This document shows positions 38,949 through 51,799 of a stretch of 64,000 bases of DNA, in pieces (position 1 is the first letter of the stretch; each line of letters opens with the position of its first letter). The stretch comes from Vicugna vicugna. Its lineage: Eukaryota. The DNA lies in contig MU058059.1 of NCBI GenBank assembly GCA_013265495.1, forward strand, positions 3,077,502 to 3,141,501, read 5' to 3'. The notes beneath the pieces are model-generated. The model saw nothing but the letters and a program-made list of their open reading frames with translations, searched no databases and was not told the DNA's origin. The position numbers and the translations under genes are program-made.

Positions 38949-39770
38949 TCAGATTTTAAAAACACAGTATTTCTAACAGCTACTATGCAAATCATTATTT
39001 ACATTATGTTCCTCCAAACATAAGCCATCCCTTTACTTGGGGATATAGTCACTATAACTCCCCCTATATCTTGCTTTATATTTCTTCACATTTTATTTGA
39101 AAATCTTTTATATCTGTATCTGCCTCCCCAGCACCTAGAGTGGAGCCTGATACACGATAAGTGTTCAATAAATACTGGCTGAATAGATAAATGAATGGAC
39201 AAATACATGAATAAGGATTTTAGGGCCAAAGACAGATAAAACATATTCAGGACAATAACATATTTGTCCTCTCTTATCAGGAAAATGAAGCATGGTGTTA
39301 ACTTGAGATATGTTCATTGTATAAACACAGATGTATTCAGACCTTTCTGGAAACCGTTTTTCTTTGGTCCCTCTTTGCTGCCAGCCTCATGCCCTTGCAG
39401 GCTGCAGGATCGCACGGCTTCAGGGAAGCTCACAGGAAGGCTGTGCTCAGGGGCTGGGGAATGGTGACAGATGGCTGGATGCCCTCATTTTGCAGATCCC
39501 TCTGTATCTGTGCTCTTAAAGGCCTTGTAACTAGTATAGGGTGAGACGTGTATTATCCTTTGGTTACAGCACAAGTTACTAGAATCCCAGATTAGTGTCT
39601 AGTCCCCTAAACCTCAGAGCCACTAATCTTCTGTGGTGGCTCTTGTGTACTTGTTGATGTTGGGTATTTTCAGAACCTGGTGAATTCTGCTTCATTATCT
39701 CTGGCTTGGGATGAGATTTTCCCCAGCATTAGCTCTTTGGCTTAGAATATGGTTGGCTCATATATTTTTT

Positions 39771-40043
39771 TTATTGAAGTATAGTCAGTTTACAATGTTG
39801 TGTCAATTTGTGGTGTACAGCATCATATTTCAATCATGCATATACATACATATATTCCTTTTGAGATTCTCTTCCATTACAGGTTACTACAAGATATTGA
39901 ATATAGTTCCCTGTGCTATACAGAAGAAATCTGTTGTTCATCTATTTTATATATAGTAGTTAGTATCTGCAAATCCCAAACTCCCAATTTATCCCTTCCC
40001 ACTCCTTTTTCCCCCTGCTAACCATGAGTTTGTTCTCTGTCTG
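39771..40043 (-). mobile_element. Young L1 3'UTR fragment with perfect 17-bp TSD
   Basis: TSD tggctcatatatttttt at 39754-39770 and 40044-40060. Confidence 0.92.
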
Positions 40044-40981
40044 TGGCTCATATATTTTTTGTGTCGGACTATCTAAAGACAGGAGAACAAACTTGAAGAG
40101 GGTGAGTGAAGGTGATACGGGAGACCTGAGATAGAGCTAGGACTTCTGTCCGCGACCTGAGTCATCAAAAGCAGTCGTTCACCTTGTTGCTGTTGTGTGA
40201 CAGGGTGGGAGAAAGGCACGGGTGGATTTAGAGGTCTGGTGGACGGGGAAAGCCGCTCCCCAGCCTTCTGTGGAAGGAGCTGGCCTATGAATGTAACTGA
40301 ACTGCACAGACAGTCAAGCACGGTCCATGGTCGTACTTTTAAGTTCAGCTGCAGCATCTCCGTCACACCCAGCTACAATGAGAGGTCTTTAAGGCTGCCA
40401 TTATCCAATGGTTTTCCACTTGAAAGAGAAGGATGTGATTACTCACGCTAAGTCTTTAGGCAGTAGCATTTTTCTTAGTTTCTAAATAAACCTTCTCTAG
40501 TTTAAGTAATTTGCAGCATGGTGGGGGGTTGGGGGGAGAAGGTCATCTTTTCCATTTTTCCTCAGAAGGAATTCTCTTTTTTTTTCCCCTCACAAGGAAA
40601 TGATTACACAGAACAAATACAGAAGACTCCAAATGTTGAAAGTAGCAGGCTTTTAAATTTCATAGGGTCAGTTTTCTTAAAACGTAATTCTACCTGTGTT
40701 GCTGAAAATAGAACTGAGAAATCCATGAGCTCTTGGACTATCCCCCTGTTTTTGTAGGTATTGTCACCACTTCCTCTACCAGGAAGTATCTGTTACACAA
40801 ATCCCATTGGGAATGGCTTTTCCATCATGAGCTGCTCATCACTGCTATCAGAACAGTGCTCCCTGGAGACCACACTGAGACTCTATCCAGACAAGAACGC
40901 AAGTGTGAGCTGGAGGAGTCTTGGTGTCTGACTGGTGCTGTCCCCACCAGAGCTGCTCTATAGAGATATTTCTTTACCCTT

Positions 40982-41348
40982 TGCTATGGACTGAATTTTA
41001 CCCCCTAAAATTCATATGCTGAAGCTCTAGCCCCCAGTGTGACTATATTTGGGCCTTTGAGGAGGCAATTAAGGTCACCTGAGGTCACAGGGGTGGGGCC
41101 CTGAGCCTACAGGACTGGTGCCCTTGTGAGAAGAGGGAGAGACACAGGGCTGCACATACAGAGGAGAGGCCGTGTGAGGACACAGGGAGAAGATGGCTGT
41201 GTGTGAGCCAAGAGGAGAGGCCGAAGGAGAGGCAGCCCTGCCCACACCTGGACATCCAGCTTCCACACTTATTTACGTGAGGAAATGTATGTCTGGGTTT
41301 GAGTCATCGAGGCCGTGTACTTTCTATGGCGGCCTGAGCAGACGCAGG
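40982..41348 (+). mobile_element. MaLR LTR (MLT1A/B-like)
   Basis: 'tgctatggactgaat..cccctaaaattcatatgctgaag..ccccagtgtgactatatttgg..ggactggtgcccttgtgagaagagg'. Confidence 0.85.
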
Positions 41349-41379
41349 CATTCCTGAATACGCGATGCCCCAAGTACAT

Positions 41380-44300
41380 TTACTGAAGATACGTTCACAA
41401 GAAAAATGCACAGACCACACAAAGAAAGAGAATCACAAGGAACAGCAAACAGGAGGGTGAGCACTCCCCAGAACTAAAGACACTGGAACCAGCTGAAAGA
41501 GTTTATTAATTAAGTTTGTTTGAAATACTGAGATAAAAGAAGGTACAGAAATCATAAGGCAAATACAGGGTAATACGGGAAAAGGACACATGTTTTTGAA
41601 AGGGAACCATGTATAAATCGTGGAAATAAAAGGAAATAATTATTGAAATTAAAAGCTAGCAGGTAGGGAAATAGTATATTAGACCCAGCTAAAAAGAAAA
41701 TTAGTGAATTGAAATATAATTCTAGGAGGACAGTATAGCTCAGTGGTAGAGTGTGTGCTTTGCATGCACGAGGTCCTGGGTTCAATTCCCAGTACCTCCG
41801 TAAAATAAATAAATAAATAAATAAATAAACCTAATTACCTCTCCCAAAAATAAATTTAATTTAATTTAAAAAATTGTACTGCTAAAAAAATAAAATAAAG
41901 AAGAAATATAAGTCTAGAAAAAGTCTGTAGCACAGAGGTGAAAATAGGAAAGAGGCTAAGATACATAAAGATAGAATGAGAAACCCCAAAGTGTATGTAG
42001 CAAAAATTACAGAAGAAAACAACAAAAAAATAGAGGGCAAGGCAGTATTTTAAAAGTTAAAGGTTGAAAATTTTCCTGAGTTGAAGACGGAATCAGTCTT
42101 TGGATTAAAGAAATATATCAAGGATCTGAGCAGGAAAAATAAAAGCAAAATCCCACCTAAATATATTGTAGTGAAATAGCAGGTCATCAAAAATAAAGAA
42201 AAAAGTCTTAAAAGCTACTAGACGATAGATCAGAGAATGGAAATCATGTTGCAGAAGACTCCTCCGCAACAGAAGGCAAATGACCATGACGGTATTTCAA
42301 AGTTCTGAGAAAAAAAAAAAAACCTGCCTCCCTGAACTCTGTCGCAGTGACACTGTCATTCAAGAGTGAGGGCAAAAGAAACGTTTTCAGACAAGAAAGT
42401 TTACTCTTTACAGGCTTCCCTGGAACTGATTTAAAACGTACCACAGGAAAATCGGATTGGAGTGGTAGGCAAGAAGTATGCGGTAAATACTGTGGTGAAT
42501 CTAAATCAGCATTCACTGTAAATAATAAGGATGGTGCTGAAACTGACAAATGTGGTGGGGGTCAGGGTAGAAATAAAATGGAATTAAAGTGCCAGAAAGT
42601 GACAGCATGGAAGCTAGAAAGTTGGTTCTCAAGAGTTCTCAGGTTTTTGTATTATTGAACTAACAGAAGTATTAATTTTACAATCTGACGAACCGAAGTA
42701 TTAACTTTACAATTCAGGTAAATATTTGTGTTAAAAATTGAGAAGAATAAACGGATAAATCGTTAAATTAATTGGGGAGAGCTAGGCAAAGAAAACAAAG
42801 ACAACCCCAATCAATTCAATAGAGGTCAGGAATTGGGGTGAAGGGGGGCCGTGGTAAATGGGAAACAGTAAGATGATAGAAAAGATCAAATCTATCAGTA
42901 AGCAAAGCAAATGTAAGCACACTGTATGTGCCTAAGAGACTCACCTCCACGTACAAGATTAGTCAGATGTTGCTCTACTCTTTGTGGCTTGGAGTTTTAG
43001 TAACGAGAAGTTAGTGTACTGTCATTCTTCTTTGCTCTGTATGGAATGCATCTTTTTTTCTGGCTGCTTGTAAGATTTTTTTAAATTGTTGGCTTTAAGC
43101 AATTTGATTATGAAATTATAGTGGCACTTGTGCCCAAATTAGTCTGTAGATTTAACCCAATGATAAAAAGCTTTATAAAAGAGTTTTTATAGAGGTTGAT
43201 ATGCTGAGTGTAAAATTTATGTGACTATAAAAAGGACGTGGAATAGCCAAAACAACTTCTTTAAAAAGTTGGTAGACTTATAGTACCTGGGTTATACTGT
43301 CTGATTTCAAAGCTTATTATAAACCGGTAATAACTGAGACAGTCTAATCGAGACAAATAATCAATGGAACAGAATGGAGTCCAGAAACAGATTCACACAC
43401 CTGTGGTACACTGATTTTTGACAAAAATACAGAGGAAGTTCAGCGGAGAAAACTTCTAGAAGGAAAAACAGGAGAAAGTCCTAGTGGCCTTTGGTTTGGC
43501 AAAGATTTCTTAAACACAAATTTTATAGCATAAACTATAAAAGCAACCCCTCCTCCCGCCCGCACATCCCCCTGCCTGTTTCAGACAACCACGGATCTCC
43601 TGTCTGTCACTGTGGAATAGTTTGAATGCTCTAGAAATTTCAAAGAGATGGAAACATACAACAGACGGTCTTTTGTGTCTGGCTTCTTTTGCTCAGCAGG
43701 AAGTTTGTAAGGTTTGTTCCTACAGCAGGTGTTAAGTAGTTTGGTTGTCATTGTTGTTTTTCTAGCTGCTAAGTGGTACTCCACACTTTGTCCTGTCCCC
43801 AAGTAACGCGCTCTGGAGCGGTTTCCATGCTGGAGTTACTATGAACGGTGCTACTGTGCACAGCCACATGTGAGTAAGTACAAGACTTTGTGTGGAAGTG
43901 TGTTTTCATTTCTCCTGGAGTTTGTTGTTTCCCTAGGAGTAGAACTGTAAGGTCATGGGGTAACTAGATCTTTAACTATTTAATCAGCTTCCAAAATGAT
44001 TTACAAAGTGGCTGTGGTCATTTCACGTTTCCACCAGAAATGCAGTGGTGTTGCAGTCTCTCTGTTTCCTCGTTAACACTCTGCTTGTCTGTGTTTTTGA
44101 GTAGAGTCATTCTGGTGGTGGTACAGTAGCATCTCAGTTTGATTTCAATTTCATTTCCCCAATTAAGTTTAGTGTCTTTGCATGTTCTTATTAATCATTT
44201 ATATGCCATTTTAAGACTACTAAAATATTTTGTCCATTTAAAAAATTGGGTTTCTTATTGTTAGTATTGACTTATAAGAGTTCTTTATATATTTTAGATA

Positions 44301-44620
44301 TAAGTCCTTTGTCAGATACATAATTTGCAAAAATTTACTCCCCGCCTGTGACTTGTTTCTTCATTTTTAAAGATATCTTTTGAAGAATAAATTTTTCATT
44401 TTGATAAATTTTCGCCAACTTTTTCTTTAATATGTCATCCTTTTGAAATCATATGTAATAAGTCTTTGTCTAGTCCAAGGAGACTAGACATAATTTCTCC
44501 TATATTCCTTTCCAGAATTTTTATAGCTTTAGTTCTTACATTTAGATCTTTGATACATTTGGAATAATTTTTTGCATATTGGGCAAATTCTTTTTTTTGA
44601 GTACATGGATAGTCAGTTGT
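41380..44620. mobile_element. Patchwork of ancient L1 (L1M) fragments: ORF1 and ORF2 on plus, 3' end on minus
   Basis: A-rich ORF1-like tract at 41.4-42.9 kb; ORF2 'aatagccaaaacaa..tcaatggaacagaat.gagtccagaaa' at 43.2-43.5 kb; minus-strand 3' end at 43.55-44.6 kb. Confidence 0.7.
41725..41900 (+). mobile_element. tRNA-derived SINE (camelid Vic-1-like)
   Basis: A box 'tagctcagtggtaga', B box 'gggttcaattcc', (TAAA)n tail; TSD-like gaaatataaKtctag at about 41711 and 41903. Confidence 0.85.
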
Positions 44621-47600
44621 TTCTTTTCAATAGTTTGGACAACAAATACAACAAAAAAAAGACCCCTGCAAAAAGACTATCTTGCTGTACAGGACAGATT
44701 AAACAATCATTTATATACACACAAACGTAATTATGTTTATAATTCTGGACCTTTTTATACCACCTCAGGACCTTCTGTTAGAAAAGGGAAGCATTTATCT
44801 CGGCTCCCGTCTTGTGTTGGTTAAAGGTTTGCCCTCTGGGCACTAACTCCCTTGCGACACTGAACATTTCCGAGGTGTTCTACACCATGGGGTCAACAGG
44901 GAAGTCCCAGGACAGGAAGCAAGTGACCACTGCCCCTACCTGAGGCAAGATGCTTGCAGGCTGTACCTGCCTGAAACCAGCTGGAGCCCAGAAGAACTGG
45001 TCCCAGTGGCTGGAACAGAAGTCAGGTAAACAAAGGGATATGGTAATGATGCACCTGAGTGGCCAACACTCTGTCTTATCTCCATCTCCAAAAAAGAGGA
45101 GCTGTAGTCGCAGACATGTTTCTGGACCATGACATGGCAAACTGCAACAGTGGCTGAAATCCAACTGCGCAGTGGCAGCAGCATGAAGCAAATTCTGTGT
45201 CACCGCCGCATTAGCGGCAGGAAGTGGCAGATTAACCTTGGGCAAAGGAGGCTAGAGGGAGATTGGGGACAAGATCCAATCCCCTGGGGTAACCAACGGG
45301 CTCTGCCCACAGCTCCCGGGGCACCCGGTGGGAACCAGAGCTGAGAGCAGGAGGGGGTGGGGGGCTGAGGTGGCAAGATCTCCACCGTCAAGGATCAAGG
45401 GGCATTTGAGAACTTCACTACTTAAACCCATGGAGCAGGCAGTATTACTCACCTAAGGTGATGCAGGGATGAGAACAAACCCCCCTCCCCCAGAAAGGTG
45501 CCTTGTTTAAGGGGCCACAATGGAAGCAAGAAGAGGACCTCCTGACGCTGGGGAGACCAGAGGAGTGTCCCCTCCATCAGACCTGGGTGGACTGGAGAGA
45601 CCTGAATCCTCCTAGGGAAGAGTGAACCTAACATGTGTAGTGATGACCATCTAATCCAAAGGTGACACTCAAAATACTCAACCACAGGCGTGGCCCGGGC
45701 ACTGACTAGTAAGAAGAGACGCTAGGTGTAGGCAGTCAGTGAGTCACCCTGGGGCACACTGACGAACACTGGCTCTGCCCTGGGCCTTGACTTACGACAG
45801 CTAATGCAGCTTACAGCAAAGGTAACATCAGGTTAAAACCAGGGTGACAGACTCCCCTTGTGTGACAACCCTGATCCATCCACAGCTGCCGCCTAGACTG
45901 CTGTGCTGAGAAGGATTCCAGTGGTCATATCCCAGCTTAGAGGGAAAGGATGCTGTGATCAGTGATGTCTGCGACGGTCACAGCGCTGGACAGGCCAGCA
46001 TCTGGCCCGCGTTACAGACTGATGGACCCTGGGTTAAGTGTTTACATTTAATCAGTCAACAAACATTTGCTAGTCACGTTCTCTGTGTGTGGCCCTTTGT
46101 TAAATACAGAGTTGATGCAAAGATGAAAAAGGCACAAGTCCCACACGAAGGAAGATCTTAACTCGTTATTAGGAAGACAGGTAAATAGGTCATTCCAACA
46201 CCACAAATGATAATTACATCAACAGAGCGATACACAGGGTATGGTAAGAACATGAGGGAACAAAAGGCCAACAGAATTTCACAGGTGTGTCAGTTCAGCT
46301 AGGATTAGAAATGACTGAAATCAGAGACTTCCTGCGAGGAAAAGAGAAGAATTAGGGCTTTCAGTACCCACTTTACAAACCTACCTGCACGAAGTGCAGG
46401 AGACACAGAAAATAAACAGTCTGAGTTGTCACCATCTTCATTCCCAAGTCTACCCAGATTTTGTAGCTTAGGTCTAAGGCAAACTGGCCAGTTAGTAAGC
46501 TTCCAGGTGTCACGCTTTGTAAACTGGGCCATGCGTTCCAAAGGCCTTTGTGGGTTCGGGGGCAGGTGGCGTTGCCATCAGGCTGCAGGCACCCTTCAGG
46601 ACGCCCTCTTTGTCAGCTGTGGGCAGCGGGGAAAGAGAAATGGGGAGCAGAGGAAAAGGCTTGATGAGACTTCTGTAACTTTCAACCCCCTTAAAAAGGG
46701 AAATATAAAGATGGAAAATCACTTTATCTACTTACTCTGTAAGCTAATGCCTTGGAAAGTAGCACTGCTTTTTTTTAGAAGCACGTGAGGTCAGAACTGA
46801 ACACAGTTAATTCCACCAAACGGATGGAGAAACATGCACATTCTCTTCCATAAGACCAAATAGGACTACCTTCCTTCTTCCCACTCTGGGTGTGGAGAGC
46901 AGCCGGGAGTTCTGACCCCTCACCCTCCCTGGCTTATCCAGGCGCCCATGAACCATCTACTCCAAGCTTAACCGCGAGCTGAAGGCAGGTGTGTGAGGAA
47001 ACGAAAGCCCAGGGAGGTCAAATGACTTGCCCCAACTCGTCCATTGATTCACTCCCTAGATGTCTCTCACTCTGGGCTAGGTTCTGTCCAACATCTGCAG
47101 AACCACTAGACAGAGGAAACTTCCAGACTGGAGTCTATCATCTGAAACACCAAATTAGGGCTTTTCCCACTGCCCCACTCTGCTCTGGAAGTTTGTGGAT
47201 ATTCAAGGCATAGGAGGATTTGGTTCCAGGACACCCGGACTTCCATTACTGCGGGGCAGAGAGAAGAGGTGAGCCTCAGTCCCAAAGGAGGGGGAGGCTC
47301 GCACAGCTTGACAGGCAGAGGACAGAAGTGCCCACAGCTTCAAAGAAGACTCTCCTAGTATGTGAAGGGGGTGGAGAGTGAGCCCAGGAGCAAAGGGGCC
47401 TATGATGTTGCAGAAGCCCACGTTGGGGCAGAACCTCAGGGGAGTGACCTGCCAGGTGCATCTATAGGTGTGGTGCCCTGGGTCCAAGGGCCCCAGCCGC
47501 AGCAAGCCTGTCCTGGGCTGGCTTGTCATGGAAGTCATGGCCTCACCCCTCCCTTAAGGACCATAAGAGCTCAGACCGATGAACGGAAGGCCCTCCTGTA

Positions 47601-47751
47601 ACCTGGGCTGCAGGAGACCCCATGACCTTTGCAGGACCCTCTCTCCTGACGGGGAGAGAACCACAATGATGACCGAGATTATATTTTTAACAGTCTCTAG
47701 AGACTGGGAGCTTAGGAGTTCATTTACTTTGATTTTTTAAAATGAAACAAT

Positions 47752-47860
47752 CGGGGAGGGGTTGGTATAGCTCAATGGAGAGCATATGCTTAGTATGCAC
47801 GAGGTCCTGGGTTCAATCCCTAGTACCTCCATTAGTAAGTAAACAAACAGCCCCCCACAA
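47752..47860 (+). mobile_element. tRNA-derived SINE (Vic-1-like)
   Basis: 'ggggagggg..tatagctcaatggagagcatatgcttagtatgcacgaggtcctgggttcaatccctagtacctcc'. Confidence 0.85.
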
Positions 47861-47955
47861 AATTGAACGAATCTTTTGTATCTTGGTCTGAAGACTATGA
47901 TAGAACTAAATCCACGTGCACTACACATATCCATAGAACAAGGCTGCTAGTTAGG

Positions 47956-48325
47956 CTTTTTTATGGCCAAGTAGTATTCCATTGTATAAATATACCAGCT
48001 TCTTTATCCAGTCATCTGTCAATGGACATTTAGGTTGTTCCTATGTCTTGGCTATTGTAAATAGTGCTGCTGTGAACATTGGGGTGCAGGTGTCTTTTTA
48101 AAGTAGGGATTCCTCTGGATATATGCCCAGGAGTGTGACTGCAAGATCATATGGTAAGTCTATTTTTAGTTTTTTGAGGACCCTCCATACTGTTTCCCAC
48201 AGTGGCTGCACCAAACTACATCCCCACCAGCAGTGCAGGAGGGTTCCCTTTTCTCCACACCCTCTCCAGCATTTATCACTTGTGGATTTTTTAATGATGA
48301 TGTGAGGTGATACTTCATTGTAGTT
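47956..48325 (-). mobile_element. L1 ORF2 C-terminal fragment
   Basis: Reverse-complement homology to 50540-50772 and to 29770-30150. Confidence 0.9.
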
Positions 48326-48977
48326 CCCTGTTTTTTTAATTTTTTCTCTGCTACCTCAATGTTATAGAGTCTTGCTATAGTCTTTGTGTCTCCATAAGGC
48401 ACCTTAAATCCTTTTTGGGACAAAACAGGGACAGAAATAAATTTTTTAAACTTATAAATAGAGGTAGCTTCACGTCCCAGATTTTCTAAATCAATGTGGT
48501 TTTTCTTCCTGGGTTGAACATAAGCTTGTGGGCCAAGTCTCCAGCCTGGAAAATTACTGACTCACCTTGGCTATCTACAGCTGTGGGTGCACTAGGAGCC
48601 TGTTCTATTTTGACATTTACTTTTTTTCCACCCTCTGGATCCAGAAACAATTGTGTCCAAGAATTGTGCAAGAATTGAACAGACATTCCCAGTCTGAGAG
48701 CAAATGTTTGCCTCATCAAGTCCCAAACAACCTCGTTCTCAGGTTTTGTACATGGATTTTTTTTTTAACAATATACCTTGAAAAGTACACCAATGAGATT
48801 CCTTCATCGCAGAATTTTTGTCCTCAGCTTCGAGCCAGAGGATGTTTGTTAAAGGAAGAAGGAAATCTACAGCACAGGCCCCGGGAAGTCAAGTTTCTCT
48901 GAGTCTATAACTGCAGACTCATGGTCCTCAGAAGGGAAATCAGGCAGCTGAATTTCAGTGTATAAAGTGGAGCCAAC

Positions 48978-50892
48978 TGATCATCTCAATAGATGCAGGA
49001 AAAGCATTTGATAAAATTCAACACCCGTTTATGATAAAAACTCTCACCAAAGTGGGTATAGAGGGAACATAGCTCAACATAATAAAAACTATATCTGACA
49101 AACCTACAGCCAGCATAGCACTCAACGGAACGGTGAAAAAAAGCTTCCCACTAAAATCTGGGACAAGACAAGGATGCCCACTATCACCACTCCTATTCAA
49201 TGTAGTCTTGGAAGTTCTAGCCACAGCAATCAGGCAAGAGAGAGAAATAAAAAGGGATCCAAACTGGAAGAGAAGAGGTAAAAGTGTCGCTATATGCAGA
49301 TGACATTATATTATATATAGAAAACCCTAAAAGGTCCACACAAAAACTACTAGAAATAATTGAAGAATTCATCAAGGTAGCAGATTTCAAGATTAACATT
49401 CAAAAATCAGTTGCATTTCTTTACACTAATGATGAATCAACAGAAAAAGAAAGTAAAGAAACAATCCCCTTTAAAATAGCACCCAAAGTAATAAAATACC
49501 TAGGAATAAATCTAACCAAGGAGGCGAGGGACTTATACACGGAAAATGATAAAACAATGATTAAGGAAATTAAAGAAGACTTAAAAAAATGGAAAGATAT
49601 CCCATGCTCCTGGATTGGAAGAATCAATATTGTTAAAATGGTCATACTGACCAAGGCAATCTACAGATTTAAAGCAATCTCTAGCAAATTACCCAGGACA
49701 TATTTCACAGAACTAGAACAAATCATAATAAAATTTATATGGAACCACAAAAGACCTAGTAATGCCAAAACATTACTGAAGAAAAAGAAAGAGGCTAGAG
49801 GACTAACTCTCCCAGACTTCAGACAATGCTGCAGAGCTACAGTCATCAAGACAGCATGGTATTAGTACAAAAACAGACATATGGACCAATGGAACAGAAC
49901 AGAGAGCCCAGAAATGAACCCACAAACTTTTGGTCAACTAATCTTCGACAAAGGAGGCAAGAATATACAAGGGAATAAAGACAGTCTCTTCAGCAAATGG
50001 TGTTGGGAAAACTGGACAGCAGCATGTAAATCAATGAAGCTAGAACACTTCCTTACACCATATACAAAAATAAACTCAAAATGGATCAAACATTTAAACA
50101 TAAGACAAGATACAATAAACCTCCTAGAAGAAAATATAGGCAAAACATTATCTGACATACATCTCAGAAATGTTCTCCTAGAGCAGTCTACCCAAGCAAT
50201 AGAAATAAAAGCAAGAATAGACAAATGGGACCTAATTAAACTTACAAGCTTCTGCACAGCAAAGGAAACCATAAGTAAAACAAAAGACAACCTATGGAAT
50301 GGGAGAAAATTTTTGCAAATGAAACTGACAAAGGCTTGATCTCCAGGATATATAAGCAGCTCATATGACTTAATAAGAAAAAAACAAACAACCCAATCCA
50401 AAAATGGGCAGAAGACCTAAACAAGCAATTCTCCAAGGAAGACATACAAATGATCAATAGGCACATGAAAAAATGCTCAATATCNNNNNNNNNNNNNNNN
50501 NNNNNNNNNNNNNNNNNNNNNNNNNNNNNNNNNNNNNNNTATGCAGATGGCTCAAAATACTAGGAATAGACTTACCATACGACCCAGGAATCCCACTCCT
50601 GGGCATATACCCAGAAGGAGCCCTACTTCAAAATGACATCTGCACCCCAATGTTCACAGCAGCACTATTTACAATAGCCAAGACATGGAGACAGCCTAAA
50701 TGTCCATCGACAGATGACTGGATAAAGAAGGTGTGGTATATTTATACAATGGAATACTATTCAGCCATAAAAACCTACAACTAACGCCATTTGCAGCAAC
50801 ATGGATGTCCCTGGAGAATGTCATTCTAAGTGAGTAAGCCAGAAAGAGAAAGAAAAATACCATATGAGATTGCTCATATGTGGAATCTAAAA

Positions 50893-50931
<39 letters not shown>
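48978..50931 (+). mobile_element. Young LINE-1 (ORF2 RT through C-terminus), 5'-truncated and lacking the 3'UTR, with TSD
   Basis: ORF 49284..49865 contains the RT motif LYADD; ORF 49881..50339 continues ORF2; (TAAA)n tail; TSD ataaagtggagccRaYtg at 48962-48979 and 50932-50949. Confidence 0.96.
50485..50539. other. Assembly gap (55 N) inside the L1
   Basis: Run of N. Confidence 0.99.
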
Positions 50932-50935
<4 letters not shown>

Positions 50936-51403
50936 AGTGGAGCCGATTGGAGTGAAATGAGAGAGATGGGGGTGGTGGGTAGCGGGAAAGAGAAAGCATC
51001 TCTGTGACTGATTGAATTGTTTCATTCATTCATTTTTTAAACACTCACTAATTCATTCATTCAGCATTTATTCCCACTTGGAGATCCCCCTTCCAGAATC
51101 CTTCAGCAAAGCTATGTTCAATGTTAACAGGTCAGTGTTCCCATACAAAGTGAAAGGAGGTCATGAAGGTCTTCCTGTGCCGGCCTGCTCTGGACCTGGG
51201 CCCATGAGGCCAGTTCAAGGCTGTGGACAGTTACACGTTGTCTACTGCATAAGGACACTGCATTCAAGGGGGCATCCTTCATATGACCTATTTATCAGGA
51301 CAATATTCTGGCAGATGGAAGTATAGATCTTGTACCAACAGAATTCAGTGTATTAAGAGAGTTTCCCAACAAACAGAAATACAGTGTCTTGTGGAAAACA
51401 TAC

Positions 51404-51502
51404 CTTTATTTATTTGGTTTTTCAATGGAGGTACTGGGGTTTGAACCCAGGATCTCCGTGCATGTTAAGCGTGCACTCTACCACTTGAGCTATACCCTCC
51501 CC
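51404..51502 (-). mobile_element. tRNA-derived SINE (Vic-1-like)
   Basis: Reverse complement reads ggggagggtatagctcaagtggtagag..ctgggttcaaaccccagtacctcc followed by an A-rich tail. Confidence 0.85.
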
Positions 51503-51799
51503 TCTAGTTATGTGACTTTTAAATAATACATTTTATTTTTATTTTGTTTCAGTACCTATGAATGAAGATAACAAATACTGACTGAAACAAAAGCATTAAA
51601 GTTAAAATTTGTCATTCCAAATTCACAAGACTAAAAAAGTGATAAGAAATATATACAATTAAGGCTTCAAATCGAGTTTTTTGTAAACGTATGGCATCTG
51701 TACTTCTGACACTACTACTAAGGTTTAAAACCGCACAGAGGCTTTTGGGGGACTGTGTACAGCACGCTGAGTTTTGTCTGTAAACAACATGGCCTAGAG

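Noticed and set aside
41725..41800. tRNA-like sequences (also at 47752 and 51430-51502)
   Set aside because: They have A-rich tails, TSD-like flanks and degenerate stems, so they are SINEs rather than tRNA genes.
49284..50339. Long ORFs with a reverse transcriptase motif as a possible novel RT system
   Set aside because: Ordinary L1 ORF2, 5'-truncated and interrupted by stops and frameshifts.
47956..50931. Twin-primed 5' inversion linking the minus L1 fragment to the adjacent plus L1
   Set aside because: About 650 bp of unrelated DNA separates them, the overlapping segments differ visibly, and the plus element has its own TSD.
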